Positions 1 to 8,672 are shown, numbered from the stretch's first letter. The stretch: 52,587 nt of DNA from Clostridiales bacterium (GCA_031297485.1 JAISYE010000187.1:1-52587), one strand, 5' to 3'. Notes: generated by a model from the sequence alone, not told the origin. Translations and numbers: made by a program.

Positions 1-563
1 ATGTTTCGGGCGAGAGCCGCCACCCTCGATTGCAGTTCTTCGGTTGTGCGCTGAAAGAAACCCGCGTCAAAGACCAACTGGTCGCCCGCCAGAATGAACT
101 CGATGGTTTCGAGCGGATAAGCAGTATGATAAACGCCTTCCTCCATACCCTGCGTGATTACGTCGGCCATAATCGGAGCCAGCATATCAATGGTTCCTGA
201 GATACTTCTTTGATGCAACATCGCGTTGTCCGGGCGATGCAGCTCCTCTATCAATCCTCCGTTGGGACCATCGGATATATTGATAGCGGAAATGATCTGC
301 CGCATTTTTTCATGCGCGGTGAGCGCCGTGTCGTTCGCAATGGCTCTCGCGGCGCTCTCCAGCTGCCGGATCATGCGCTTAACCACAGCGTCCAGAATGT
401 CATCCTTTGACTTGAAGTGGTAAAAGATTGCTCCTTTCGACATGCCCAGCCCATCCACGATGTCCTGCATGGTCGTATGCTCGTATCCCTTTTCCATAAA
501 CAGCTTCGTCGCGATGTCGATGATACTTTCAACTGTCTGCTTCGGGTTGTTTTTCCTCGTCAT
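1..563 (-). CDS. TetR/AcrR family transcriptional regulator (C-terminus runs off the window start)
   Basis: Absent from the ORF track because it has no stop in the window. Reverse translation from the ATG at 563..561 reads MTRKNNPKQTVESIIDIATKLFMEKGYEHTTMQDIVDGLGMSKGAIFYHFKSKDDILDAVV..., the canonical TetR N-terminal HTH. GGAGGA RBS lies 7 nt upstream. Confidence 0.85.
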   Translation of the reverse strand, partial: MTRKNNPKQTVESIIDIATKLFMEKGYEHTTMQDIVDGLGMSKGAIFYHFKSKDDILDAVVKRMIRQLESAARAIANDTALTAHEKMRQIISAINISDGPNGGLIEELHRPDNAMLHQRSISGTIDMLAPIMADVITQGMEEGVYHTAYPLETIEFILAGDQLVFDAGFFQRTTEELQSRVAALARN

Positions 564-589
564 AGCGCTTTCCTCCAATCTAACACAAA

Positions 590-641
590 ATACCGACCGT
601 TGGTATAATAAATTATATAATACCGACAGTCGGTTTGTCAA
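590..641 (-). promoter_or_regulatory. TetR gene promoter with two palindromic operator candidates
   Basis: Minus-strand TTGACA (641..636), 18 nt spacer, TATAAT (617..612). The perfect palindrome ACCGAC-A-GTCGGT (622-634) sits in the spacer. A related imperfect palindrome ATACCGACCGTTGGTAT (590-606) sits just downstream of the -10. Confidence 0.55.
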
Positions 642-796
642 GCGTTTTTTGTGAACAAATTGTGAATTTTACACCCGGGCATAATGAAGTTGAAAAACCA
701 CTGCCTTGACGGAACGCGTCTTCCTCGATTTTCTCTTTGCGCACACCTACGTAAACAAAGTCGAAAATACTACCTTGACAAAAGGGAACTTTTGAT

Positions 797-1105
797 ATGT
801 CGTTCACAAAACGCTACGCCCCATTTTTGAAATTGGCCAAGTTGAACGTATCGCTTATGCTTACCGATTTGCCGGCAAAAAAATGCGTCATAAGGGAGCG
901 TGTTCTCAACTGGAAACATGGCTCTGCTTTTGACGCCTGGGTGGAAATGGGCGCCCGGCCGTTAAGCCCCGACGACGCGGCGTATCTGAAACGGATTTCC
1001 GTGCCGAAAATTTACCTGCGCGAGGAAGATGTGCCCGATGGTGTTTTAGATATAAACGCGGTACTGGAACCCTTGGAAGTGCGGTTAATTGAAATTACGC
1101 TGTAG
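797..1105 (+). CDS. Hypothetical 102-aa protein, possibly a C-terminal remnant of a GH39-like glycosidase
   Basis: ORF track. The segment NWKHGSAFDAWVEMGARPLSPDDAAYLKR resembles, from memory, the C-terminal region of GH39 beta-xylosidases. An in-frame stop lies just upstream and the RBS is weak, so it may be a gene fragment. Confidence 0.3.
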   Translation: MSFTKRYAPFLKLAKLNVSLMLTDLPAKKCVIRERVLNWKHGSAFDAWVEMGARPLSPDDAAYLKRISVPKIYLREEDVPDGVLDINAVLEPLEVRLIEITL

Positions 1106-1223
1106 CGGTGTGCCCGTTATACTCGCGAACGCTGAGATTTGCCGCAGAGGGCGGACAAACACGAAATTGGCCCAACATTGCCGATAAAAATTTCTGTTGC
1201 GTTTCCGCGCCGCAAGGGATATT

Positions 1224-1482
1224 ACTAGGACCGTGTATCCGCTCATAAATCATAGTAGGGGCGAACCAACGGACAAATCACCGTTAGGTTCGTCCGCACT
1301 CCCGCGACATTTGCGCTTGAAACTACTGGCCGAAAATATTTATTTCTTCTTTAAAATATCGACGGATACACCACTAGTGGTGTATCCGCTTATAAATCAT
1401 AGCAAGTGACCCCGTGGCGTTTGCGGTTGCAATTGCTGGCCAAAAACATTTGTTTGTTCTTTAAAATACCGTCGGATACACC
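1224..1482. repeat. Two tandem copies of a ~110-bp unit; the first is interrupted by a hairpin module
   Basis: Units 1224-1372 and 1373-1482 both run ACTAG..GTATCCGCT(C/T)ATAAATCATAG...CTGGCC(G/A)AAAA..TTCTTTAAAATA.CG.CGGATACACC. Their junction forms the perfect 24-bp palindrome GGATACACCACTAGTGGTGTATCC (1364-1387). Confidence 0.85.
1258..1295. repeat. Hairpin module GGGCGAACCAACGGACAAATCACCGTTAGGTTCG(C/T)CC (copy 1)
   Basis: Nested stems GGCGAACC/GGTTCGxC and AACGG/CCGTT. A near-identical copy lies at 30343-30379. Here it is inserted in the first tandem unit and is absent from the second. Confidence 0.85.
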
Positions 1483-1484
1483 AC

Positions 1485-1597
1485 TAGGACGTGTTTGAAA
1501 ACTGGATTTCAGCGCGAAGCGTCGAGCAAGCTCGACTATCATTGCAGCGGTTTCATTCGAAATTTCGCGCTTTTAGGAATTTTCAAACACGCCTTAG
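1485..1597. repeat. Palindromic hairpin element, family A (copy A1)
   Basis: The terminal inverted arms TAGGACGTGTTTGAAAACTGGA ... TAGGAATTTTCAAACACGCCTTAG enclose the GTCGAGCAAGCTCGAC core. Related copies lie at 25003, 40434, 44453 and 52106, with a partial copy at 8653. Confidence 0.9.
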
Positions 1598-1685
1598 CGG
1601 TAACCAGTTTTCGTATATGTAGCATTCAGGTTTTAAAGCTTCCATTAATATAATCCTTTCTTTCTTTGTTGCTATGCATAATCAC

Positions 1686-1739
1686 ACTCGCGAATGAATA
1701 CATTTTCCAAATCTACAGGAAATATCAACATTCGCGAGT
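1686..1739. repeat. Inverted repeat ACTCGCGAATG ... CATTCGCGAGT (11-bp arms, 32-nt spacer)
   Basis: Read directly. The ACTCGCGAA(C/T)G motif recurs at 1123, 13395, 34320 and 34455 (reverse complement) and 44775. It lies just downstream of the mecA stop and may double as a terminator-like structure. Confidence 0.7.
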
Positions 1740-1763
1740 CCAACCCAACGCACCAAAGCCCGC

Positions 1764-2432
1764 CTAAAAATCATTTTCCGCCATAACGCTCATAGCCCAA
1801 TCAGCAATAAGCATTTCGCCGTATTCGGAGAGGTAGCTTTTCGCCACCTGATTGGAGACGTGTTTGCAGCCGTATTCGGCCAGCACAGCCTCCAGCATGG
1901 CGTTCGTCAGTTCACCGCCCAGGTTTCTTCGGTCGCGCTGCAAAACAAGGAAGTACCTGCCCTCGTTTTTATAGAGACTGCTCAGCCCGCTAAAGCGCTG
2001 GCGCAGCCTGCGGGCCGCCGCCCCTACCAAGGAAAGCGAATTAAATGAGAAGATTAACATGTTGTCAGATTCGGCTCCTCCGGAAGCCCCTGCCCCGTTA
2101 GTTTTTTCCTGGGCAAACTTCTGGCGCTGGCGTGTTTCCCCTACGTGGGTGTAGTGCGCGGGAAATTCGGGCGTGGTCTCCGGCGGTCCGGGAATCTTGG
2201 TTACTATTATCATAATACCGCCCAATGAGCTAGGCATGGCTTCAATTATCAGCGCCGCGTCATCAATTTGAAAACCGCATTCCTCCATGGCCTGCTCCAG
2301 CATGTCATGGAAAAGCATATGTATTTTCTCAGGGTGGACGGCTAATTCGGATATTTTCATGTCATGTTCCGCTAAGTCGCTTGGGGTTAGTATGAACTTA
2401 ACTTGATTTTCGCTTATGCGCTCTACCTTCAT
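1764..2432 (-). CDS. mecA: Adaptor protein MecA (ClpC adaptor)
   Basis: The ORF track gives 1764..2477. I trimmed it to the internal ATG at 2432 (MKVERISENQVKFILTPSDLAEHDMKISEL...), which has a GGAGTG RBS and matches the usual MecA N-terminus. The longer ORF would start inside the predicted -35 box. Confidence 0.85.
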   Translation of the reverse strand: MKVERISENQVKFILTPSDLAEHDMKISELAVHPEKIHMLFHDMLEQAMEECGFQIDDAALIIEAMPSSLGGIMIIVTKIPGPPETTPEFPAHYTHVGETRQRQKFAQEKTNGAGASGGAESDNMLIFSFNSLSLVGAAARRLRQRFSGLSSLYKNEGRYFLVLQRDRRNLGGELTNAMLEAVLAEYGCKHVSNQVAKSYLSEYGEMLIADWAMSVMAENDF

Positions 2433-2453
2433 TGTTATCACTCCTTTTGTCCT

Positions 2454-2482
2454 ATTATGCACAAAAATGCATTTCATGTCAA
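2454..2482 (-). promoter_or_regulatory. Candidate sigma70-type promoter for mecA
   Basis: Minus strand: TTGACA (2482..2477), 17 nt spacer, CATAAT (2459..2454). It lies about 20 nt upstream of the RBS. Confidence 0.45.
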
Positions 2483-2531
2483 ATATTATTAATTTACATT
2501 AATGTCCACTGCTATTAACCCCACATACCCC

Positions 2532-2560
2532 TTCACAACTTTCTTACATACATGTATAAT
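2532..2560 (+). promoter_or_regulatory. Candidate sigma70-type promoter for the trk-prmA operon
   Basis: TTCACA (2532-2537), 17 nt spacer, TATAAT (2555-2560). It lies about 75 nt upstream of the ATG at 2636. Confidence 0.45.
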
Positions 2561-2635
2561 GCTATTTATTCGATAGGCGAGTTTGCTCGACGCACAGGCG
2601 ATCTGCCATATTAAAATAAAAACGGGGAGTGTTAA

Positions 2636-3091
2636 ATGAAACCGGCGTTAAAAGAAAAAACCATAAAGCAGTACACAATAATCGCGGGTTGCGGGCGGCT
2701 GGGGGCCAACCTGGCCAACACGCTGTCCAATAACGGCGAAAGCGTGCTGATTATCGACTGGAACCAGGACGCGTTCCGCAAGCTGTCGCCCTCCTTTGGC
2801 GGGCAGGTGCTTCTGGGCGACGCCACGGATATGTCCGCGCTGCACGAGGCGGAAATCGCGAAAGCCGAAACAGTGGTCTCTGTTACAAACAACGACAACA
2901 CGAATATTTTTGTGGCGCAAATAGCAAGCGAGTATTACGGCGTCCCCCACGTTATCGCCCGTCTGTACGACTCGGAGCGGGACATCGTGTATAAGGAGTT
3001 TAAAATAGATACTATTTACCCCGCAGTCTTATCCGCCAAGGAGATAGACAAAATTTTATATTTTCATGACAGCCCGGAGGAAAAAGCATGA
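2636..3091 (+). CDS. TrkA-N (KTN/RCK) domain protein, K+ uptake regulatory subunit, short form
   Basis: ORF track, 151 aa. It has a Rossmann GxGxxG motif (IIAGCGRLGANLA) and no TrkA-C domain. GGGGAG RBS. Confidence 0.8.
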   Translation: MKPALKEKTIKQYTIIAGCGRLGANLANTLSNNGESVLIIDWNQDAFRKLSPSFGGQVLLGDATDMSALHEAEIAKAETVVSVTNNDNTNIFVAQIASEYYGVPHVIARLYDSERDIVYKEFKIDTIYPAVLSAKEIDKILYFHDSPEEKA

Positions 3092-3753
3092 ATACCCGTG
3101 TAATATTAATCGGCGGTTTTCACAAAGCGAAGTCGCTGGCAATGTCCCTGATAAACAAGGGTTATACCGTAACCGCCATAAACAACGACCAGCGGCATTG
3201 CTCCGAACTGGCGGAAATAGATAAACTCACGGTCTTTTTCGGCGACGGCACAAAGCCCTTTGTTTTGGAGGACGCCAACGTCTATAGCGCGGACATAGCC
3301 ATAGCCCTAACTCAACGCGACGAGGACAACCTGGTGGCCTGTGAGCTTTGCAAAAAAAAGTACAATGTAAAGAAAACCGTTTCCATTATTTCCGAACCCA
3401 TAAAGGCTGATTTTTTCCGCCAAATGGGCATAGATTCTGTCGTCTGCGCCATAACAGCTATAACAAACATTATAGAGCAGCAGGCGTTTTTAAATGAAAT
3501 GGCGACGCTTATACCCATAGGCGAAGGGCGCATCAGCCTGGCTCGGGTTCCCATACCAGCCGCGTCGCCGATTATAGGCAAAAAGTTATTGGAAATGGAC
3601 CTCCCCAGGGAAGTGATTGTCGGGTGCATTCTCAGAGGGGAAGAAAGCATTATCCCGCGCGGCGACTCGCGCATATTGGCGGGCGACATCTTAATGCTTA
3701 TTTCCTCGGTTAAGCACGAGATGATCGCTATTAGAGAATTGACTGGACGGTGA
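3088..3753 (+). CDS. trkA: Trk/Ktr system K+ uptake protein, TrkA-N plus TrkA-C domains
   Basis: ORF track, 221 aa. ATGA overlap with the upstream gene. The C-terminal part (SLARVPIPAASPIIGKKLLEMDLPREVIVGCILRGEESIIPRGDSRILAGDILMLI) is typical of TrkA-C. Confidence 0.8.
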   Translation: MNTRVILIGGFHKAKSLAMSLINKGYTVTAINNDQRHCSELAEIDKLTVFFGDGTKPFVLEDANVYSADIAIALTQRDEDNLVACELCKKKYNVKKTVSIISEPIKADFFRQMGIDSVVCAITAITNIIEQQAFLNEMATLIPIGEGRISLARVPIPAASPIIGKKLLEMDLPREVIVGCILRGEESIIPRGDSRILAGDILMLISSVKHEMIAIRELTGR

Positions 3754-5234
3754 GCCGGTTGAATCAGCATATAAAAGAGGGCAATATTTACGGGCGGCTT
3801 ACGCTTTTAATCGGCTTGCTTAACTTTGCACCCCTTTGCGTACTGCCTTTTTACGCCGAGGAGGCAAAATACGCCTACGGGTTTATTGTGCCGGGCGTTA
3901 TCGTAACCGCGGCCGGCGTCGCTGTCTGCCGTCTGGCGAAGCCGCCGGAAGAAAAAATCACGGAATGGCAGTCCCCAATGCAGCAAGGCAGCCTGCCGGT
4001 GCTCTTTGCCTGGTGCCTTGCCTTTCTTACTGGGGCCGTGCCCTTTGTCATAACTGGCCAGCTGGATTTTGTCCACGCGCTGTTCGAATCGGTCAGCGGC
4101 TGGACAACCACCGGCCTGAGCCTTGTGGATGTGACGCGCGCGCCGCGCGTCATGCTGTTCCACCGGAGTTTCATGCAATATTGCGGCGGCTTGGGCTTTA
4201 TTTTAATAATACTTATCCTAGTGCAGGGCAAGCAGGCTATGAATCTCTATAACGCGGAAGGACATTCCGACCGGCTTATGCCGAACCTGAAAAAGACCGT
4301 GCGGACTATTTTCCTGCTGTACAATGGTTTCCTGGTAATAGGCGTCGCGCTTTATTATGTCTTCGGCATGAGCCTGTTCGACGCTGTATGCCACGCCATG
4401 AGCGCGCTGTCCACCGCCGGCTTTTCCACACGTCAAGCCGGTATCGGCCACTATAACAGCTTCCCCATTGAAATGGTAACCATTGTCCTGATGCTGGTTG
4501 GTTCCACTAACTTTGCGGTGCTGATGCTCTTAAGCCGGTTTGAAATACGGAAGATACTGCGCGTTACAGAGGTGCGGTTTTTGGCCGGATTAATCCTTAT
4601 CTTTGTGCCGCTTATCGCCCTGTCCCTTATGCGGCACAAAGACATGGGCCTGCTGGAGAGCCTGCACAATTCCTTATTCGGCGTTGTCGCCGCCTTCTCC
4701 ACCACCGGCTACTCTATTACGAACTATTACACGTGGCCGCCCTTTGCCCTTGGGTTAATATTCCTGCTTATGTTTGTCGGAGGGGGTACAGGCTCCACTG
4801 CGGGCGGCCTCAAACTTACCCGCGCGTACCTTATTGTGCGGATAGGGCAGGAATATGTCAAGAAGCTTTTCGCCTCCTCGCGCAGTGTAACCGCGCCCCG
4901 TTTTAACAAGGCGCAAGGCCCCACGCCCATCGACGGCGCCCTCATAGCCGACACTGCGGGCTTTGTGGCCTGCTACATGGGCATATTTACAATAGGCTCC
5001 TTACTGATTACCCTGACAGAGAACTGCACGCTTCTGGAAGCAATGTTCGAGTTTTCCTCCGCTTTCTGCACGGTAGGGCTGACCGGCGGGCTGACCACTG
5101 TTTCATCAAGTACATGGACCTATATTATAGAAATGATTGGCATGACTTTGGGCAGGCTGGAAATTTTTATCGTCTTTATCGGCATACACTCGTTTTTCAT
5201 GCTGATAAAGAAGCGCTGCAGCTTAAGAAGGTGA
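3750..5234 (+). CDS. trkH: TrkH/KtrB family K+ transporter membrane subunit
   Basis: ORF track, 494 aa, GTG start overlapping the upstream stop. It is polytopic with four P-loop-like motifs (SGWTTTGLS, LSTAGFST, AFSTTGYS, FCTVGLTGG). Confidence 0.85.
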   Translation: MSRLNQHIKEGNIYGRLTLLIGLLNFAPLCVLPFYAEEAKYAYGFIVPGVIVTAAGVAVCRLAKPPEEKITEWQSPMQQGSLPVLFAWCLAFLTGAVPFVITGQLDFVHALFESVSGWTTTGLSLVDVTRAPRVMLFHRSFMQYCGGLGFILIILILVQGKQAMNLYNAEGHSDRLMPNLKKTVRTIFLLYNGFLVIGVALYYVFGMSLFDAVCHAMSALSTAGFSTRQAGIGHYNSFPIEMVTIVLMLVGSTNFAVLMLLSRFEIRKILRVTEVRFLAGLILIFVPLIALSLMRHKDMGLLESLHNSLFGVVAAFSTTGYSITNYYTWPPFALGLIFLLMFVGGGTGSTAGGLKLTRAYLIVRIGQEYVKKLFASSRSVTAPRFNKAQGPTPIDGALIADTAGFVACYMGIFTIGSLLITLTENCTLLEAMFEFSSAFCTVGLTGGLTTVSSSTWTYIIEMIGMTLGRLEIFIVFIGIHSFFMLIKKRCSLRR

Positions 5235-6271
5235 AAACATTGGAATGGATAGAGGCAAAACTTTACACTACAAGCCAAGGCATCGAGGCGGTATGCGGAA
5301 TGCTGGCGGAAGCCGGCGTAGATAATCTGATAATTGAGGATAAAGAGGAAATGGCGCGGTTTTTCGCGGACGAGCGTAATCAGCGGGAATTCTTATGGGA
5401 TTACGTGGATGAGGAACTGCTGCGGGGAGAATATGGCGAACCGCGCGTAATCTTTTACGTCAGCGGCAGTTCCGAGGGTTATGAAGCGCTTATGTCCGTC
5501 AAAAGCGGCATTGAGCGCCTGAAGTCAGCGGCGGGCCAAATCGCGGAGCCTCTCGGGCGGCTGGCACTTGAGATTGCCAATGTGGACGGCAGCGGCTGGC
5601 TAGAGGAATGGAAGAAGTATTACAAGCCCTTTGAAATATGCGACGGCGTAATAGTATGCCCTGTATGGGAGAAACCCGAAAGCCGGGGCAAGGCCGTCTT
5701 TATCATAGAGCCTGGCAGCGCCTTTGGCTCGGGGCTCCACCAGACCACGCGGCTTTGCGCCGAGGCGCTGCGCAAGTACCTGGCCCCGGGCATGAGGCTT
5801 ATGGACCTGGGCTGCGGAACGGGTATACTCTCTATAATCGGCTTGCTGCTTGGAGCCGGCGAGGCGCTGGCCGCTGACCTGGACCCGGCCGCCGTTTCCG
5901 CAGCCAGGCACAACGCCAGGCTTAACAATATACCGGACAGCGCTTACACAGTCCTGTCCGGCAGCCTTTTAACCGACCCGGCGCTTATGGCCAAAGCGCG
6001 GGCCAAAACCTACGACCTGCTTGTCATCAACATTGTGGCGGATGTTATTATAAATTTTGCGCCCTTTACAGCCGCTGCGCTCAGGCAGGGCGGGACCTTA
6101 ATCGCCTCGGGGATAATCGGCGGCAGGCTGGAAGACGTACAAAAGGCTCTTCTTGCCGCCGGATTCAAGGTTATGGAAGTCACCAGCCGGGACGGCTGGT
6201 TTTGCCTTGTCTGCGAAAACGGGGCTTGCAATTGCGCAAAGGAGGCTATGTTAACCGCGATATATGCGTAA
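5231..6271 (+). CDS. prmA: Ribosomal protein L11 methyltransferase
   Basis: The ORF track gives 5114..6271. I trimmed it to the in-frame GTG at 5231 (VKTLEWIEAKLYTT...), which overlaps the trkH stop. Supporting motifs are GSAFGSGLHQTT and the SAM motif DLGCGTGILSI. Confidence 0.85.
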   Translation: MKTLEWIEAKLYTTSQGIEAVCGMLAEAGVDNLIIEDKEEMARFFADERNQREFLWDYVDEELLRGEYGEPRVIFYVSGSSEGYEALMSVKSGIERLKSAAGQIAEPLGRLALEIANVDGSGWLEEWKKYYKPFEICDGVIVCPVWEKPESRGKAVFIIEPGSAFGSGLHQTTRLCAEALRKYLAPGMRLMDLGCGTGILSIIGLLLGAGEALAADLDPAAVSAARHNARLNNIPDSAYTVLSGSLLTDPALMAKARAKTYDLLVINIVADVIINFAPFTAAALRQGGTLIASGIIGGRLEDVQKALLAAGFKVMEVTSRDGWFCLVCENGACNCAKEAMLTAIYA

Positions 6272-6308
6272 GTTCGCCGAGATATTGGACGACATTGAAA
6301 ATCTGTAT

Positions 6309-6362
6309 GATGTACTTGGAAATAAATGTGTCTACTGATTAAGCCCAAATATAAAACACGCC
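6309..6362 (+). repeat. 54-nt direct repeat, copy 1 (partner at 8744-8797)
   Basis: GATGTACTTGGAAATAAATGTGTCTACTGATTAAGCCCAAATATAAAACACGCC compared with the copy at 8744 shows about 4 mismatches. It contains TGTGTCTAC (like the MITE end) and AAACACGCC (like a family A arm). Confidence 0.85.
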
Positions 6363-6592
6363 ATAAATGCGTATCCCACACACAACGCATAGACACTCTC
6401 GGAGGACAAACTCACCGCAAAAAAACGGGGAATTGAACAAAACACCTTGACAACGTATCTTTGACAAATCGTTCCCAATGCAGACGAATTGTGCACCCCA
6501 CGGCAAATCTCAACATCCGCGTGTACATAATTTTGCCGCTGTAAATAAAATTGCGGAGCTTACTTTACTCGCGGACAATAAGAGAAGCAATC

Positions 6593-6626
6593 AAAAAACC
6601 CCTTGGGCGCTGCCCCCCAAGGGTTT
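6593..6626 (-). terminator. Rho-independent terminator (usable from both strands)
   Basis: Stem CCCTTGGG/CCCAAGGG (6600-6607 / 6616-6623) with an 8-nt loop. On the minus strand it is followed by TTTTTT, directly after the stop of the 6634..7065 gene. Confidence 0.6.
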
Positions 6627-6633
6627 CCGCTTT

Positions 6634-7065
6634 TCAATATTGGTAAAAATTATATACCTCGTTGCCCAGCACCATGCTGAATATAAACGCGCTTAACGCG
6701 ATTCCAATGATAAACATCAGCACAGTACTAGCGATGGCGATAATGTAATAGATGCCAAAATTCTTAGTGAACTGGCAGAACTCTTTATAGAATTCGTTCT
6801 CAGCCATCGCGCTCTTTCTTTCGGCGAGTTCCTCCAACCTTTCGGAAGCGGCCAGCAGGTTCTTGCCGGCGAAGATTTGGAATATGCCGAGGGGAATAGT
6901 TATTATTCCCACGCACGACAAGCCGCCTAGTATTATTGTAAGTACACCGCTGAACTTCCCCCACTTGCCGCCTTTTAACAAAAGGCTATTATGCACCCCC
7001 GCAGTGCGGGAATCGTCCGCCACCGCGTAGCCCAAGCCTTGCGCGTTGCTGTATTGCTCGTCCAT
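6634..7065 (-). CDS. Hypothetical small membrane protein
   Basis: The ORF track gives 6634..7122. I trimmed it to the ATG at 7065 (MDEQYSNAQGLGYAV...), which has a GAAGG RBS. Hydrophobic helices are present (FSGVLTIILGGLSCVGIITIPLGIFQIF; FGIYYIIAIASTVLMFIIGIALSAFIFSMVL). Confidence 0.6.
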   Translation of the reverse strand: MDEQYSNAQGLGYAVADDSRTAGVHNSLLLKGGKWGKFSGVLTIILGGLSCVGIITIPLGIFQIFAGKNLLAASERLEELAERKSAMAENEFYKEFCQFTKNFGIYYIIAIASTVLMFIIGIALSAFIFSMVLGNEVYNFYQY

Positions 7066-7651
7066 GTGGTTACCTTCTTTCATAAAATCATATATTCGTC
7101 TGGACCCTACCCAAATGTACAATTTTATTATACCACACCAAGTTATGAATTCAAGAAAAATATTAAAGACATTGTTGTAATCGTGGAGTTTCCGCTCGTG
7201 ATAGTCCTCGTCAGAATATCTCTTCCGCAGTATATTTTTCTCTTTTTTAATGAAGGTTAATAAAGTGGCCAGAACAACCCAACCTGCATATTCAAGCGTT
7301 TCAGCTTTGATTTTGCTTTATTTCTTTTGCGCGCTGCGTATCTTCCGCCTGCGCGCTATTTCCGCTTTCTTTTTCAAGAATTCATCTATTTGGGATTGCA
7401 CTTTTATCCCGTCTAAAGTATTATCTTTTTTATTCACAGTTCTTAACGACGTGACGCGCAAAAACGCGCAGAACTATGCACGAGAAGCCGCAAACGCGGA
7501 AACGGCAGACAACCGCATGGTAATGGAGTGCGCCGGCGCTTGGCATGAAGCCGCGTTCGACGCCCGGACGGTTTACAAGAACTTAAAATCGCTTTTGGAG
7601 ATGGAACAACGAGCAAGAAGAAAACGTCCTAAGAAAGGCAGGAGTTTCACT

Positions 7652-8320
7652 ATGGCTAAACTTTTCTATCAAGGTCACGGTTCATACCGTATCACCGCAG
7701 ACGACGGGCGCGTGATTTACGTTGACCCCTATGCTGGCGCGGACACTATCCCGCTCCATAAACTGCTCCACCCTTGCCAAGACCCGCAAAAGGACAAGAG
7801 CGGCGGCTACGATTTGCCCGCAGATTTTATCCTCGTCACGCACCAACACGGCGACCACAATCAGATTCAGCTTGTGACGCAAAAGCCCGGTTGCCGCGTT
7901 ATCACGAACGCGGAAGCCCTCGCGGGCGGCAAGCATAACTCGTTCGACCTCGGCGGCGGTCTAACCGTAGAGGCGGTTGAGGCTAAGAACCTAAACCACA
8001 GCCCGGAGAAGTGCGTCGGGTTTATTATCACGGTTGACAGCGTGAAGATTTACGCAAGCGGTGACACGTCCACAACGGAACAGATGAAGTCCTTCGCGGC
8101 GCGGGAACTTGACTACGCCCTGTTCCCGCTCGACGGCGTTTTCAATATGGGGCTGAAAGAAGGCGCGGAGTGCGCTCGAATTGTTGGCGCGAAGCATAAC
8201 ATACCAATTCACTTAAAGCCGGGCGCGTTGTACGACCGTAAAAAAGCAGATAAATGGGACGCGCCAAACAAGCTGATTGTCGAGCCGGGGGATGAAATTG
8301 AATTATGCAAAACACCATAG
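7652..8320 (+). CDS. MBL-fold metal-dependent hydrolase
   Basis: The ORF track gives 7250..8320. I trimmed it to the ATG at 7652 (MAKLFYQGHGSYRI...), which has a GGAG RBS. The HxHxDH motif is THQHGDH. The upstream 134 codons of the long ORF are low-complexity and AT-rich. Confidence 0.8.
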   Translation: MAKLFYQGHGSYRITADDGRVIYVDPYAGADTIPLHKLLHPCQDPQKDKSGGYDLPADFILVTHQHGDHNQIQLVTQKPGCRVITNAEALAGGKHNSFDLGGGLTVEAVEAKNLNHSPEKCVGFIITVDSVKIYASGDTSTTEQMKSFAARELDYALFPLDGVFNMGLKEGAECARIVGAKHNIPIHLKPGALYDRKKADKWDAPNKLIVEPGDEIELCKTP

Positions 8321-8652
8321 GCAGCTCAAAACGCGGCGGCACAGAATATATGAGAATGAGTATAACGCTAAATGACAACTAAGGAATCTGGAGAGTTCAA
8401 AGTTTTATAAATAATTACATTTAATCCAATATTAAGAATACAAAAGGTATTTCTAAAGCCATAATTATCGTTTGGCGTAAAAAGCTATTTTTTTGGCAGA
8501 CCTGATTCTATAAGGGATTTGCCGATATCCTGTTTATTTTACATTTTGCAAAACAGATAATTTTGCAAACAATTTATTGCTTAATATTTGAATATTTGTT
8601 AACATTTTGCGTATTTTGAACTCTACAGTAAGTAATGACGAATTAATTATAC

Positions 8653-8672
8653 TAAGGCGTGTTTGAAAATTC
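8653..8672. repeat. Solo arm of a family A hairpin element (partial copy A2)
   Basis: TAAGGCGTGTTTGAAAATTC followed by a partial re-duplication (GGCGTGTTTCAGAAG). No opposing arm is nearby. Confidence 0.7.

Noticed and set aside
1224-1600. Possibility that the many short repeats form a CRISPR array
   Set aside because: There is no regular repeat-spacer periodicity. The repeat units are 90-170 bp or palindromic hairpins scattered over 50 kb, and no cas genes are present.
2561-2635. c-di-AMP (ydaO/kimA-type) riboswitch upstream of the Trk K+ uptake genes
   Set aside because: The putative leader is only ~75 nt. The ACGGGGAG it contains is simply the RBS, and the two-fold pseudo-symmetric ~130-nt architecture is absent.
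7318-7437. 39-codon minus-strand ORF (VNKKDNTLDGIKVQSQIDEFLKKKAEIARRRKIRSAQKK) in the gap before the MBL hydrolase gene
   Set aside because: It has a GTG start without any Shine-Dalgarno sequence. It sits in a low-complexity AT-rich context and shows no recognisable family.
8392-8624. 10-bp inverted repeat AGAGTTCAAA / TTTGAACTCT bracketing 230 bp of AT-rich DNA
   Set aside because: It is short and AT-rich, so likely a chance match. No target duplication, no further copies and no coding capacity were found.
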